DNA from: a virus
Taxonomy: Duplodnaviria > Caudoviricetes
DNA length: 24,331 nt
Virus record (IMG/VR): IMGVR_UViG_3300020044_002979
Coordinates: 1 to 24,331 of that record
Strand: one strand, 5' to 3'
Below are positions 1 to 6,636 of this stretch, piece after piece. The translations under genes and the position numbers were made by a program. A model generated the notes under the pieces. The model made no database searches. It worked only from the letters and a program-made list of their open reading frames with translations, and was not told the origin of the DNA. The first letter of the stretch is position 1. Every line of letters begins with the position of its first letter.

Positions 1-196
1 TTTTTCCCAGACCCGCTGATCTTTTGGCTTCATTGCTCGTTGACTTTTCACTTGAACACTCCTTAAGTTGTTCGAACATTCTAGCACGCTCATCAGCACG
101 AACGAGGGCTTCAAAGGCTTTGAGGTAGGTTTTGTGTTTAGAAGCAAACCACACATTCATGCCAGCCTCACGGGCCATGTCTATGGTGTCTCTCAT
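1..196 (-). CDS. Small phage hypothetical protein (MRDTIDMAREAG...ALVRADER), runs off the left edge
   Basis: Read manually. ATG at 196-194 overlaps the TGA of the upstream gene (ATGA coupling) and the frame is open to position 1. Confidence 0.6.
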   Translation of the reverse strand, partial: MRDTIDMAREAGMNVWFASKHKTYLKAFEALVRADERARMFEQLKECSSEKSTSNEAKRSAGLGK

Positions 197-363
197 AGCG
201 CTACCTTTGCCGTTGTTACCTCACGCATTTCCCAGCCCAACTGGAAATAGCTCCAACGCATTTGCAATGCAGGAACGTTATATTTGCCTGTTTTTGTCAT
301 GCTGAAGTCCGTGTGGCCTTTGACACGCATAGTGGCTTCAAAGATTTTTTGGCAATGTGTCAT
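193..363 (-). CDS. Hypothetical protein, 56 aa (MTHCQKIFEATMRVKG...)
   Basis: 3' part of ORF 193..552. ATG at 363 overlaps the glutaredoxin stop (ATGA). Confidence 0.65.
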   Translation of the reverse strand: MTHCQKIFEATMRVKGHTDFSMTKTGKYNVPALQMRWSYFQLGWEMREVTTAKVAL

Positions 364-590
364 AAGTTCACCTGGTTCAATGCTGCTTGCAGTCCAGCCA
401 GACCGCCTACAAACTGGTTGTTGATGTAGATTGCTGGCATCTGACGAATGTTGGCATCTTTCATCTTTTGCTCTGCAACGGGATTTGCATCTACCCAATA
501 CTCTGTATAAGGCAAAGATTTGGATTTCATCAATTGCTTTGCTGTTGTGCAATTAGGACAATTGCTTTTCGTGTAGATCGTGATGTTCAT
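360..590 (-). CDS. Glutaredoxin (NrdH/Grx-like)
   Basis: IYTKSNCPNC CxxC motif and MPAIYINNQFVGG cis-Pro/GG motifs. The start at 590 is coupled to the upstream stop. Confidence 0.9.
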   Translation of the reverse strand: MNITIYTKSNCPNCTTAKQLMKSKSLPYTEYWVDANPVAEQKMKDANIRQMPAIYINNQFVGGLAGLQAALNQVNL

Positions 591-871
591 TTTTTGTCCA
601 GCCAAATTGTGTAAGTTTTTAAACGATGGTCTTTTTTTCTGCGAAAGCTGTATTTACCAGTGATTTGATTGTTTTTGCAAAACCGATCAAACGTTCGTCT
701 TACCTTATCAAAGTCATCTTCAGGAATTACCAGAGCTTCATCGCTTGAAATCAGTCTTGTGAATTCATTATCAAGGCCAGTTGTTCCTTTTCCTTTTTTT
801 GGAATGGCTGGCTTTGATGTAAAACTGTATCCCTGGATGAATGGGTTTTTGCCTTGAAAATTAGTAGCCAT
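587..871 (-). CDS. Hypothetical basic protein (MATNFQGKNPF...)
   Basis: ORF 587..994 with the start trimmed to ATG 871, preceded by GGGAG and overlapping the upstream gene end. Confidence 0.7.
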   Translation of the reverse strand: MATNFQGKNPFIQGYSFTSKPAIPKKGKGTTGLDNEFTRLISSDEALVIPEDDFDKVRRTFDRFCKNNQITGKYSFRRKKDHRLKTYTIWLDKK

Positions 872-1094
872 TTTTAGACTCCCATGCAGATTCCCAGAAA
901 CCAAATTCAGCTTCCATTTCAATTTCAATTTGCGTTTCTTTGGAAAGAACTGGTGTAATGTCTGTTCCGTCAAAGAAAACAGATTCAAGACCAAGCTCAG
1001 TGTGCGTTCCGTCTTCGTCAGTTGCAGTCACGACTTTGAGGTAAACGGTGATAGGTGCGCCGTTCAGTGTGGTGACGAATTCATATTGAGTCAT
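861..1094 (-). CDS. Hypothetical acidic protein (MTQYEFVTTLNG...)
   Basis: AAGGA Shine-Dalgarno before ATG 1094. It lies directly downstream of the duplicated promoter cassette. Confidence 0.75.
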   Translation of the reverse strand: MTQYEFVTTLNGAPITVYLKVVTATDEDGTHTELGLESVFFDGTDITPVLSKETQIEIEMEAEFGFWESAWESKNGY

Positions 1095-1161
1095 ACAGTT
1101 CCTTGGTTGGTGAGCCTCTATTGTGGGGCTGATCGCCACTAATTTGTATTAGTAGAAACCC
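1092..1161 (-). promoter_or_regulatory. Promoter/leader cassette, copy 2 (GGGTTTCTACTAATACA-N20-ACAATAGAG...CAACCAAGGAACTGTATG)
   Basis: Near-identical blocks and identical 20-nt spacing to 4926-4996 on the opposite strand. Confidence 0.7.
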
Positions 1162-1478
1162 GTAGGTAGCGGCACATTTTCAGGCCACAATCCTTCAACC
1201 TGTAAAACTTTTACAGTAAAAAAGTGAGCATTAGACCAAAGTGCAATGCGCTCTGCCTTGCTGAGTTTTGATCCTTGATCCAATTGACTGTGGTAATGAA
1301 AGCACAGGCTTGCTATCAGGTTGTCATCAGCCTTAATGCCACGACCCTTGCCGCCACCCCAATTTGTGTGCGCTGCCACCACAGTTCCATCATCAGTGCC
1401 ACAGCTTTGGCATGGAATCATCCTGGCGTTTTCCAATAGCTTTTTGCTTCTGATGTAAGCGTGCTTAGGAAACATCAT
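1149..1478 (-). CDS. DUF1364/DUF968 (YbcO-like) HNH-related Zn-finger protein
   Basis: RSKKLL..AR..PCQSC..TVVAAH..GKGRGIKADD...ASLCFHYH..LD pattern. The start is coupled to the upstream stop. Confidence 0.7.
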   Translation of the reverse strand: MMFPKHAYIRSKKLLENARMIPCQSCGTDDGTVVAAHTNWGGGKGRGIKADDNLIASLCFHYHSQLDQGSKLSKAERIALWSNAHFFTVKVLQVEGLWPENVPLPTGFY

Positions 1479-1801
1479 TGCATTGTCCTGTCTTGTCGTC
1501 TGTCGTTTGCTGATTGTGTGCGCCAGATTTCCACTCTTGCTTGAGCAGCAATCAAATCCCACCGCAACTTTTCTTCAATGGCAACAGCTTCTTTTAATCC
1601 TTCCAGCAGCTTTGTGTAGTCTGGATGGCTGTATGCGTATTGCTCACGAGCATTTACTGTTGTGGCATCGCTTTCGTTCATTAGCAAAGCCTTTTGAGAC
1701 TTTCTGAATTCTTCCAAGTAAACGCGATTTGCTTTAGCCTCAGAAAACTTTGCAGCGTTCTTCAGTATGTAGTCAACAGCAGTGTTTGGATCAATGTTCA
1801 T
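1475..1801 (-). CDS. Helical coiled-coil protein, possibly UvsY-like recombination mediator
   Basis: TVNAREQYAYSHPDY and IWRTQSANDR motifs typical of a conserved phage family. The function is inferred. Confidence 0.55.
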   Translation of the reverse strand: MNIDPNTAVDYILKNAAKFSEAKANRVYLEEFRKSQKALLMNESDATTVNAREQYAYSHPDYTKLLEGLKEAVAIEEKLRWDLIAAQARVEIWRTQSANDRRQDRTMQ

Positions 1802-2214
1802 TCAAGTTCCTCACGGACGCAAACATGGACGCTTGAAATCGTGTCATATCGCTTTGTCACATGAAGGCTGACCACCTGAACATCGTCCTTGTAAACGATT
1901 CCATTCATGGCATCCAGGTATGCTTTAGCCACGTTATCAAGATCAGGCTTCTTTGGTCGCTCAAAACGATTTAAACAGGCTTCCTTGCGTTTTTTTGAGT
2001 AACTGGCAGGGATTGCATGGTTGATGTAGATGTAGACCGCCACAGGCGTTTCTAGCGGGATTGCTGGACACATTGCAGACAATGCTTGGCTGGCAATCAA
2101 CGACTCGTAATCTGTTGTTTTTTTTGGCGTGTAGGTGCGGCCAGTTTTTGTAAACCTTGGGCGTTGTTTCCCAACTGGATCGCCTTCAACGCTAAAGATC
2201 AATTGAAACGTCAC
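1798..2214 (-). CDS. rusA: RusA-family Holliday junction resolvase
   Basis: GDPVGKQRPRF..YTPKKT, and the catalytic KPDLDNVAKAYLDAMNGIVYKDDVQV motif. Confidence 0.92.
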   Translation of the reverse strand: MTFQLIFSVEGDPVGKQRPRFTKTGRTYTPKKTTDYESLIASQALSAMCPAIPLETPVAVYIYINHAIPASYSKKRKEACLNRFERPKKPDLDNVAKAYLDAMNGIVYKDDVQVVSLHVTKRYDTISSVHVCVREELE

Positions 2215-2420
2215 AGCAAAGCCTCACCAACTTCTTCAAGAACTTGATTGCCGTGATAGCGACTTGGCTGTTTAGTGCAATCAGACTTGTTAAACCACAC
2301 TGGAAAATCAGGCCACGGCCAGTCATCACGCATCAATGACAACAACAACTGTTTTTCATTCCTGCGAATTTCCAGACCTTTGCGGCCATCTTTTGTCATC
2401 CACATATCACCTTGGCTCAT
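2211..2420 (-). CDS. Hypothetical protein
   Basis: 69-aa ORF with 4-nt overlaps at both ends and a GGAG RBS. Confidence 0.7.
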   Translation of the reverse strand: MSQGDMWMTKDGRKGLEIRRNEKQLLLSLMRDDWPWPDFPVWFNKSDCTKQPSRYHGNQVLEEVGEALL

Positions 2421-2629
2421 TCAAGTTCTCCTGTTCGTAGTTTGTGCATTAGTTGTCGTATGCGCTGAGATGAACCGTATCCCAAACGCTTTTCAAGATA
2501 CTCAATTCGCTCTTTGGTCAAAACGCTTTGCTTTGTTGCTTGCCAAGTGCTGTACAAAAGCCGCGCTTCGCCAAGTTCAATTTGGTATCTGTCGCCATCA
2601 TTAGATCGCTGTTTTCTGTCGTATTCCAT
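2417..2629 (-). CDS. Hypothetical protein
   Basis: 70-aa ORF in operon tiling. Confidence 0.7.
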   Translation of the reverse strand: MEYDRKQRSNDGDRYQIELGEARLLYSTWQATKQSVLTKERIEYLEKRLGYGSSQRIRQLMHKLRTGELE

Positions 2630-2641
2630 TAGTGAAAACCC

Positions 2642-2749
2642 TTATTCCAAGTCACCAGTTAACCTTAGTGCCTCATCAATAATATGTTGTGGATAAGCAA
2701 TTCCTTCACGTACTTTGTCCAAGATTTGCATTGCTTTTTCATGTGTCAT
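2642..2749 (-). CDS. Small hypothetical protein, 35 aa (MTHEKAMQILDKVREGIAYPQHIIDEALRLTGDLE)
   Basis: Read manually. It fills the gap, has an AAGGTG RBS, and its ATG overlaps the upstream TGA. Confidence 0.7.
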   Translation of the reverse strand: MTHEKAMQILDKVREGIAYPQHIIDEALRLTGDLE

Positions 2750-3084
2750 TTTTTCACCTTTGAAATCAACTCAGCAATCCGCTTTTTGTTCGCTGCCATT
2801 TGTTCTGCTGTAAGTTTGTTTTCCAACATAACGACTGGCTTGTCTGGTGCTTTACGACACATTGCTCTGAACTCCAAGACAGTTGGCGGTTTGATTCCTT
2901 CAGGCATATTCTTCAAAGCGTAAGCAATCGAGTCTGCGTGATCCCTGAAGCCAGCCAGCTCATGCGCCCAATCAGCTTTCACTTCGTCAATGTTTAAGCC
3001 TTCCCAACGACCCAAGAACTCACGGCCATAGATCATGGTCAGCTTTGTGAAGATTCGATCAACCCAAGGCATTGGCAAGCTCAT
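2746..3084 (-). CDS. Replication protein, lambda P-like helicase loader candidate
   Basis: Immediately downstream of the initiator. VDRIF..L...YG..F..RW...W..EL and PPTVLEFRAMCR motifs. Confidence 0.6.
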   Translation of the reverse strand: MSLPMPWVDRIFTKLTMIYGREFLGRWEGLNIDEVKADWAHELAGFRDHADSIAYALKNMPEGIKPPTVLEFRAMCRKAPDKPVVMLENKLTAEQMAANKKRIAELISKVKK

Positions 3085-3863
3085 TTTTTGTCTCCAATGA
3101 GTTGAACCGTAGATTCCATGTCTATCGTTCTAAAGAAGTCAGCAGCGTCCTGGTAAGGCTCTGGAGCTTGTTTGGCAATAGAAGGTACAGCCTCTTGCAT
3201 CTTCAAGCGCATTGATCGTTGGTAAACAGTCTCAGACTGCTGTTGCTTTTCAGCTATCCATTCAGCCTTCAATCCTTGGCTTCCACGAGTACACCACTCA
3301 ACAAGAAACTTCTCCAATGGCCAATCAAGTTTGAAAGCCTCTTTTCTTGCACCTTCAATGACTGTTTGAGTGACAGCAGCCTTCTTGCTTTTCCTGAGCG
3401 ACAACCAATCAGACCAAACCTGTTCTGAAACATCAAGTGGGCAAGCAACGACAGTTGCCTTCTTTTTGTGTTCTGTGTCTTGTGTTATGTGTACTGTGTT
3501 ATGTGTAGCATTGCCTTCGGATTGCGTTGGCAATGCGTTCGCATCCTTTTGCTTTGACCAACGAGCCTTTGCACTTTCACTAGCCTTTTGTGATTTGTCA
3601 CCAGCTTTTGCCAATTCTTTGTTAGCTCTGTGATGAATCCATCCATCCGCTGTACGCTCGAAATACTCTCGCAATACAACTGCAATGCAATCGCTATGCG
3701 AACGCATCCTTATTTGTCTTGCAACCTCTATTTCATCAAGAGGAATTGGACTTTCATGAAGATAGTACCAATCAAGCAAACGCCGATAAGTAAGGTCTTC
3801 CATCTCTGAAAGATGCTCAGTATGGCTTTTGTAATCGCCAATGTTGAACTGGTAATAGTGCAT
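3081..3863 (-). CDS. DUF1376/YdaU-family replication initiator (O-like)
   Basis: N-terminal MHYYQFNIGDY...HLS..EDL.YRRLLD.YY..E.P, a low-complexity repeat linker, and C-terminal W.DW...RK.KKA. GGAG RBS 6 nt before ATG 3863. Confidence 0.85.
   Translation of the reverse strand: MHYYQFNIGDYKSHTEHLSEMEDLTYRRLLDWYYLHESPIPLDEIEVARQIRMRSHSDCIAVVLREYFERTADGWIHHRANKELAKAGDKSQKASESAKARWSKQKDANALPTQSEGNATHNTVHITQDTEHKKKATVVACPLDVSEQVWSDWLSLRKSKKAAVTQTVIEGARKEAFKLDWPLEKFLVEWCTRGSQGLKAEWIAEKQQQSETVYQRSMRLKMQEAVPSIAKQAPEPYQDAADFFRTIDMESTVQLIGDKK
3467..3709. repeat. Iteron-like repeats inside the initiator gene (putative origin)
   Basis: Six tandem 7-mers TGTGTNN (3467-3508). Two arrays of three degenerate 11-mers, each ending in GCATCC (3508-3546 and 3671-3709). 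Confidence 0.65.
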
Positions 3864-3873
3864 GAGGCACTCC

Positions 3874-3982
3874 AAAAGAAAAAACCCTTGAAAGCTGGTG
3901 GGTCAAGCACCAGACCTTCAAGGGTCAGCCTATGACGGCTTAGATGTATTAGCGTCTTGACCACGCCACATCTAAACCGTCT
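3874..3982 (-). ncRNA. Structured 5' leader: two hairpins with complementary loops, the second being an intrinsic terminator
   Basis: Hairpins at 3934-3981 and 3884-3925, loops GGUCAAG and CUUGACC, a U-tract at 3884-3874, and G-U pairs that work only on the - strand. Confidence 0.75.
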
Positions 3983-3988
3983 GAGCAA

Positions 3989-4017
3989 ATCATATCACTT
4001 CTTTGGCGGTTTTCCAA
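3989..4017 (-). promoter_or_regulatory. Sigma70-type promoter for the replication leader
   Basis: TTGGAA (4017-4012), 17 nt, TATGAT (3994-3989) with extended TGn. The predicted +1 near 3982 coincides with the start of hairpin 1. Confidence 0.65.
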
Positions 4018-4219
4018 AGTATTGCTTAGTGCCGTTGTTGTTGTCTTTACGCAACACTGTCCACAGGTGCTCACGTTCAAGACGAGCCAGCTTACTGTGA
4101 GGGCTGGTTGTCGGAAGGTATCGTGCTATCTCCGCTGCTGTCGCTCCCTCTTTGCGGGACAGGATCAGCTTCAATCGAGCCATTTGGCCCACTGGTTTCT
4201 TTTGGAACAGATTTATCAT
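3995..4219 (-). CDS. Small winged helix-turn-helix DNA-binding protein
   Basis: LKLILSRKEGATAAEIARYL...HSKLARLERE helix pattern followed by a beta wing (TVLRK...TKQYF). Confidence 0.6.
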   Translation of the reverse strand: MINLFQKKPVGQMARLKLILSRKEGATAAEIARYLPTTSPHSKLARLEREHLWTVLRKDNNNGTKQYFGKPPKK

Positions 4220-4313
4220 TTGAAATACCCTTCTTTGAAAAAATAGCATCCCAACGGGACGAAAAATCCTCTGCGGTTACAGAGTACGGACGAGGACTTG
4301 AACCTTTGCCCAT
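4092..4313 (-). CDS. Small conserved phage protein (MGKGSSPRPYSV...FSSRWDAIF) with a disordered tail
   Basis: Recognisable N-terminal motif of small phage proteins. It starts 1 nt after the upstream stop and its tail overlaps the wHTH gene. Confidence 0.6.
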   Translation of the reverse strand: MGKGSSPRPYSVTAEDFSSRWDAIFSKKGISNDKSVPKETSGPNGSIEADPVPQRGSDSSGDSTIPSDNQPSQ

Positions 4314-4314
4314 A

Positions 4315-4725
4315 TCAAGCCCTTGAATACACGGTTACAGGGTAGTTGTTTGGCTTACCCTTGTTGGACATATTTGCGATCTCCCTGGTGGAGAAAATTC
4401 CCTTAGATTTGCTCAAGTCAAACGCATTGCCCGAAGATTTTTTTGTACCACAAGGCCAAAATTCATCAATCACAACTGACTTGATTTGCTCAGTCTCAGG
4501 AACATATTTTTTGTTTGTCAAAACATAAAAATGGTTGTTTTTTTGAGTCTGCCCCATTCGGACAACTTTGTTCAACTTTATATAGCCATCCGCCAAAAGC
4601 TCGTCTTTGATTTCAGCAGCACTCACTTCAAATTTTGTAGTGAGGCGGTTGGCAATGCGGCGGTGATGATCTTTGGTTGTACGCAGTTGCTCAATATAGA
4701 ACAACTTAGCGAGTGATTTGCTCAA
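4315..4725 (-). CDS. Hypothetical basic protein, possible wHTH N-terminus
   Basis: 136-aa ORF, GTG/TTG-free operon tiling with a GGAG RBS upstream. Confidence 0.65.
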   Translation of the reverse strand: MSKSLAKLFYIEQLRTTKDHHRRIANRLTTKFEVSAAEIKDELLADGYIKLNKVVRMGQTQKNNHFYVLTNKKYVPETEQIKSVVIDEFWPCGTKKSSGNAFDLSKSKGIFSTREIANMSNKGKPNNYPVTVYSRA

Positions 4726-4888
4726 TGTAAATTCTCCGATTAAAAAGTGATTCCAGCGTAACGATCAAAAGAGCTTTAGTGGCCGCATCTATGTCACCAG
4801 GATGGTCGACATATTGTTTGACAAGCGAAAAAGCATAGTCTAGCAATGCGTCACTTGCTTTGAGTTCGTCATGGTCATATTGGTTCAT
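4706..4888 (-). CDS. Hypothetical protein, first gene of the leftward operon
   Basis: 60-aa ORF. The ATG lies 6 nt after a -10 box and has no SD. Confidence 0.65.
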   Translation of the reverse strand: MNQYDHDELKASDALLDYAFSLVKQYVDHPGDIDAATKALLIVTLESLFNRRIYIEQITR

Positions 4889-4894
4889 AAGGTG

Positions 4895-4922
4895 AGATTA
4901 CCACCAAAAAAACATCAATCAA
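4895..4922 (-). promoter_or_regulatory. Leftward sigma70-type promoter
   Basis: TTGATT (4922-4917), 16 nt, TAATCT (4900-4895) with extended TGn. Confidence 0.55.
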
Positions 4923-4996
4923 TTAGGGTTTGTACTAATACACAACAATGTTTTTTGGGTTAACAATAGAGTCTCCAACAACCAAGGAAATGTATG
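4922..4996 (+). promoter_or_regulatory. Promoter/leader cassette, copy 1, with ATTAG-N8-CTAAT inverted repeat
   Basis: GGGTTTGTACTAATACA-N20-ACAATAGAG...CAACCAAGGAAATGTATG, duplicated at 1092-1161. Confidence 0.7.
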
Positions 4997-5146
4997 AATA
5001 CATCACTTCTCAAGTACGCTCGACAGCTTTTTAAGACGTACAATGCATCCCCCGAGGTCATTCGCAGCTACCAACTCAAGTGGGCACGATCTGTTCACCA
5101 GCTTGGTGACAAATGGCTTTTGGCACAACCTGTAACTCGCAACTAA
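4994..5146 (+). CDS. Small hypothetical protein, 50 aa (MNTSLLKYARQLF...KWARSVHQLGDKWLLA)
   Basis: Read manually. AAGGA RBS, first gene of the rightward operon. Confidence 0.75.
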   Translation: MNTSLLKYARQLFKTYNASPEVIRSYQLKWARSVHQLGDKWLLAQPVTRN

Positions 5147-5158
5147 CAAGGAATTGAA

Positions 5159-5737
5159 ATGCAAAAAATCGCATCAGCATTGGTCAAAGCACAAAAAGCA
5201 TTTGGTCCAGCACTCAAATCATCTACTAATCCACACTTTAAAAGCCGCTATGCTGATTTGTCAGCCTGCGTTGAAGCTGTTGTTGATTCACTGAATGAAA
5301 ATGGCATCATGCTCATGCAGCCAACGCACGAATGTGAGTCTGGCGTTACAGTTGAGACATTGTTCATTCATGAGTCTGGTGAAACATTTAGCGCTGGTCG
5401 TCTTCATGTTCCAGCATCAAAGCAAGATCCTCAAGGATATGGATCTGCACTGACTTATGCAAGACGCTATTCGCTCATGTCTGCCTGCGGCATTGCACCA
5501 GAAGATGATGATGGTAATGCAGCAAGCAAGCCAAAACAAGAGCAAGCACCTGTAATCACAAAAGATCAAGCAGCCGAAATTGAAGCGTTGATTAACGAAG
5601 TCAAAGCAGACAAAGCAGGATTGCTCAATTGGGTTTCTCAGAACACCAACAGCACAGTCAAGACAATTGCACAAATCCCAAATGTGGCATATGTCCATGT
5701 TGTCAAGATTCTTGAGAAAAAACGGGAGCAAGCATGA
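5159..5737 (+). CDS. erf: ERF-family ssDNA-annealing recombinase
   Basis: NPHFKSRYADL, HESGE, QGYGSALTYARRYSL..ACGIAPEDDDGN motifs. Confidence 0.93.
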   Translation: MQKIASALVKAQKAFGPALKSSTNPHFKSRYADLSACVEAVVDSLNENGIMLMQPTHECESGVTVETLFIHESGETFSAGRLHVPASKQDPQGYGSALTYARRYSLMSACGIAPEDDDGNAASKPKQEQAPVITKDQAAEIEALINEVKADKAGLLNWVSQNTNSTVKTIAQIPNVAYVHVVKILEKKREQA

Positions 5738-6243
5738 CACTGCCAGCACTCTATCAACTGCGTACTGAGTATGTTGAGCTGATGACTAAGTTGGCTGACA
5801 TGGATTTGGACGCTCAAACCATTGCAGACACAATTGAGTCAACAGGTGTTGTTGAATCATTCAACGACAAGGCCGCTAACGTGGTCATGGTGGCCCGTCA
5901 ATTTGATGCCCACTGCGATGCTATTGATTCAGAGATTAAGCGCCTACAAGCCCTTAAATCAAGCCGCAAGAATACCGCAGACAAGTTGCGTGATTACTTG
6001 CTAAACAACATGATGGCAGCTCAGATTGAATCTATTGAGCATCCTTTGATGACAATTAAGATCAGGAACAATCCAGAAGCTGTTGAGGTAACAGAAGAAA
6101 GTTTGATCCCACAAGAATACATGGACTGGCCTGCAATGCCACCTCCAAAACCTAACAAGTCGCTCATCAAAACTACTTTGAAATCTGGCGTTGAAATACC
6201 TGGATGCCGCTTGTCTCGCTCTAAATCACTCACAATCAAATAA
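5734..6243 (+). CDS. Siphovirus Gp157-family protein
   Basis: LYQL..EY, DTIES, EIKRLQALK, KSLIKTTLKSGVEIPGCRL...SLTIK pattern, located next to ERF. Confidence 0.85.
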   Translation: MTLPALYQLRTEYVELMTKLADMDLDAQTIADTIESTGVVESFNDKAANVVMVARQFDAHCDAIDSEIKRLQALKSSRKNTADKLRDYLLNNMMAAQIESIEHPLMTIKIRNNPEAVEVTEESLIPQEYMDWPAMPPPKPNKSLIKTTLKSGVEIPGCRLSRSKSLTIK

Positions 6244-6250
6244 GGAACTT

Positions 6251-6631
6251 ATGAACAACATCTCTATCGCTGGTCAACTTGGAAAAGACGCTGAAGTGCG
6301 TTTTATGCCTAATGGTGATCCAGTCTCTAACTTCTCGATTGCTGACAGCCAAGGCAAGAACAAAGACACAATCTGGTGGAACTGCCAGTTGTTTGGTAAA
6401 CGAGCCGAGTCTCTTGCTCCTTACCTGGTCAAAGGTCAATCACTGACTATCTCTGGCATTGTTGTTCAGCGCAAATATACCGACAAGCAAGGTCAAGAAA
6501 AAATTGCAACCAATGTCAATGTAAACGAAATTGCATTGCAAGGTGGTCGCAAAGATTCTGGACAAGGACAGCCAGCAAAGAAGCCTGAAGCAAGTGTCTT
6601 TGACGGCATGGACGACGACATCCCTTTTTGA
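6251..6631 (+). CDS. ssb: Single-stranded DNA-binding protein
   Basis: IAGQLGKDAEVRF..NGDPV.NFSIA OB fold and an acidic DDDIPF tail. TAAGGA RBS before ATG 6251. Confidence 0.95.
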   Translation: MNNISIAGQLGKDAEVRFMPNGDPVSNFSIADSQGKNKDTIWWNCQLFGKRAESLAPYLVKGQSLTISGIVVQRKYTDKQGQEKIATNVNVNEIALQGGRKDSGQGQPAKKPEASVFDGMDDDIPF

Positions 6632-6636
6632 TTTTC

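Noticed and set aside
364-552. Long version of ORF 193..552
   Set aside because: It overlaps the glutaredoxin in another frame. The coupled ATG at 363 is more plausible.
3467-3709. CRISPR-like array
   Set aside because: The repeats are 7-11 bp, tandem, without spacers and inside a CDS.
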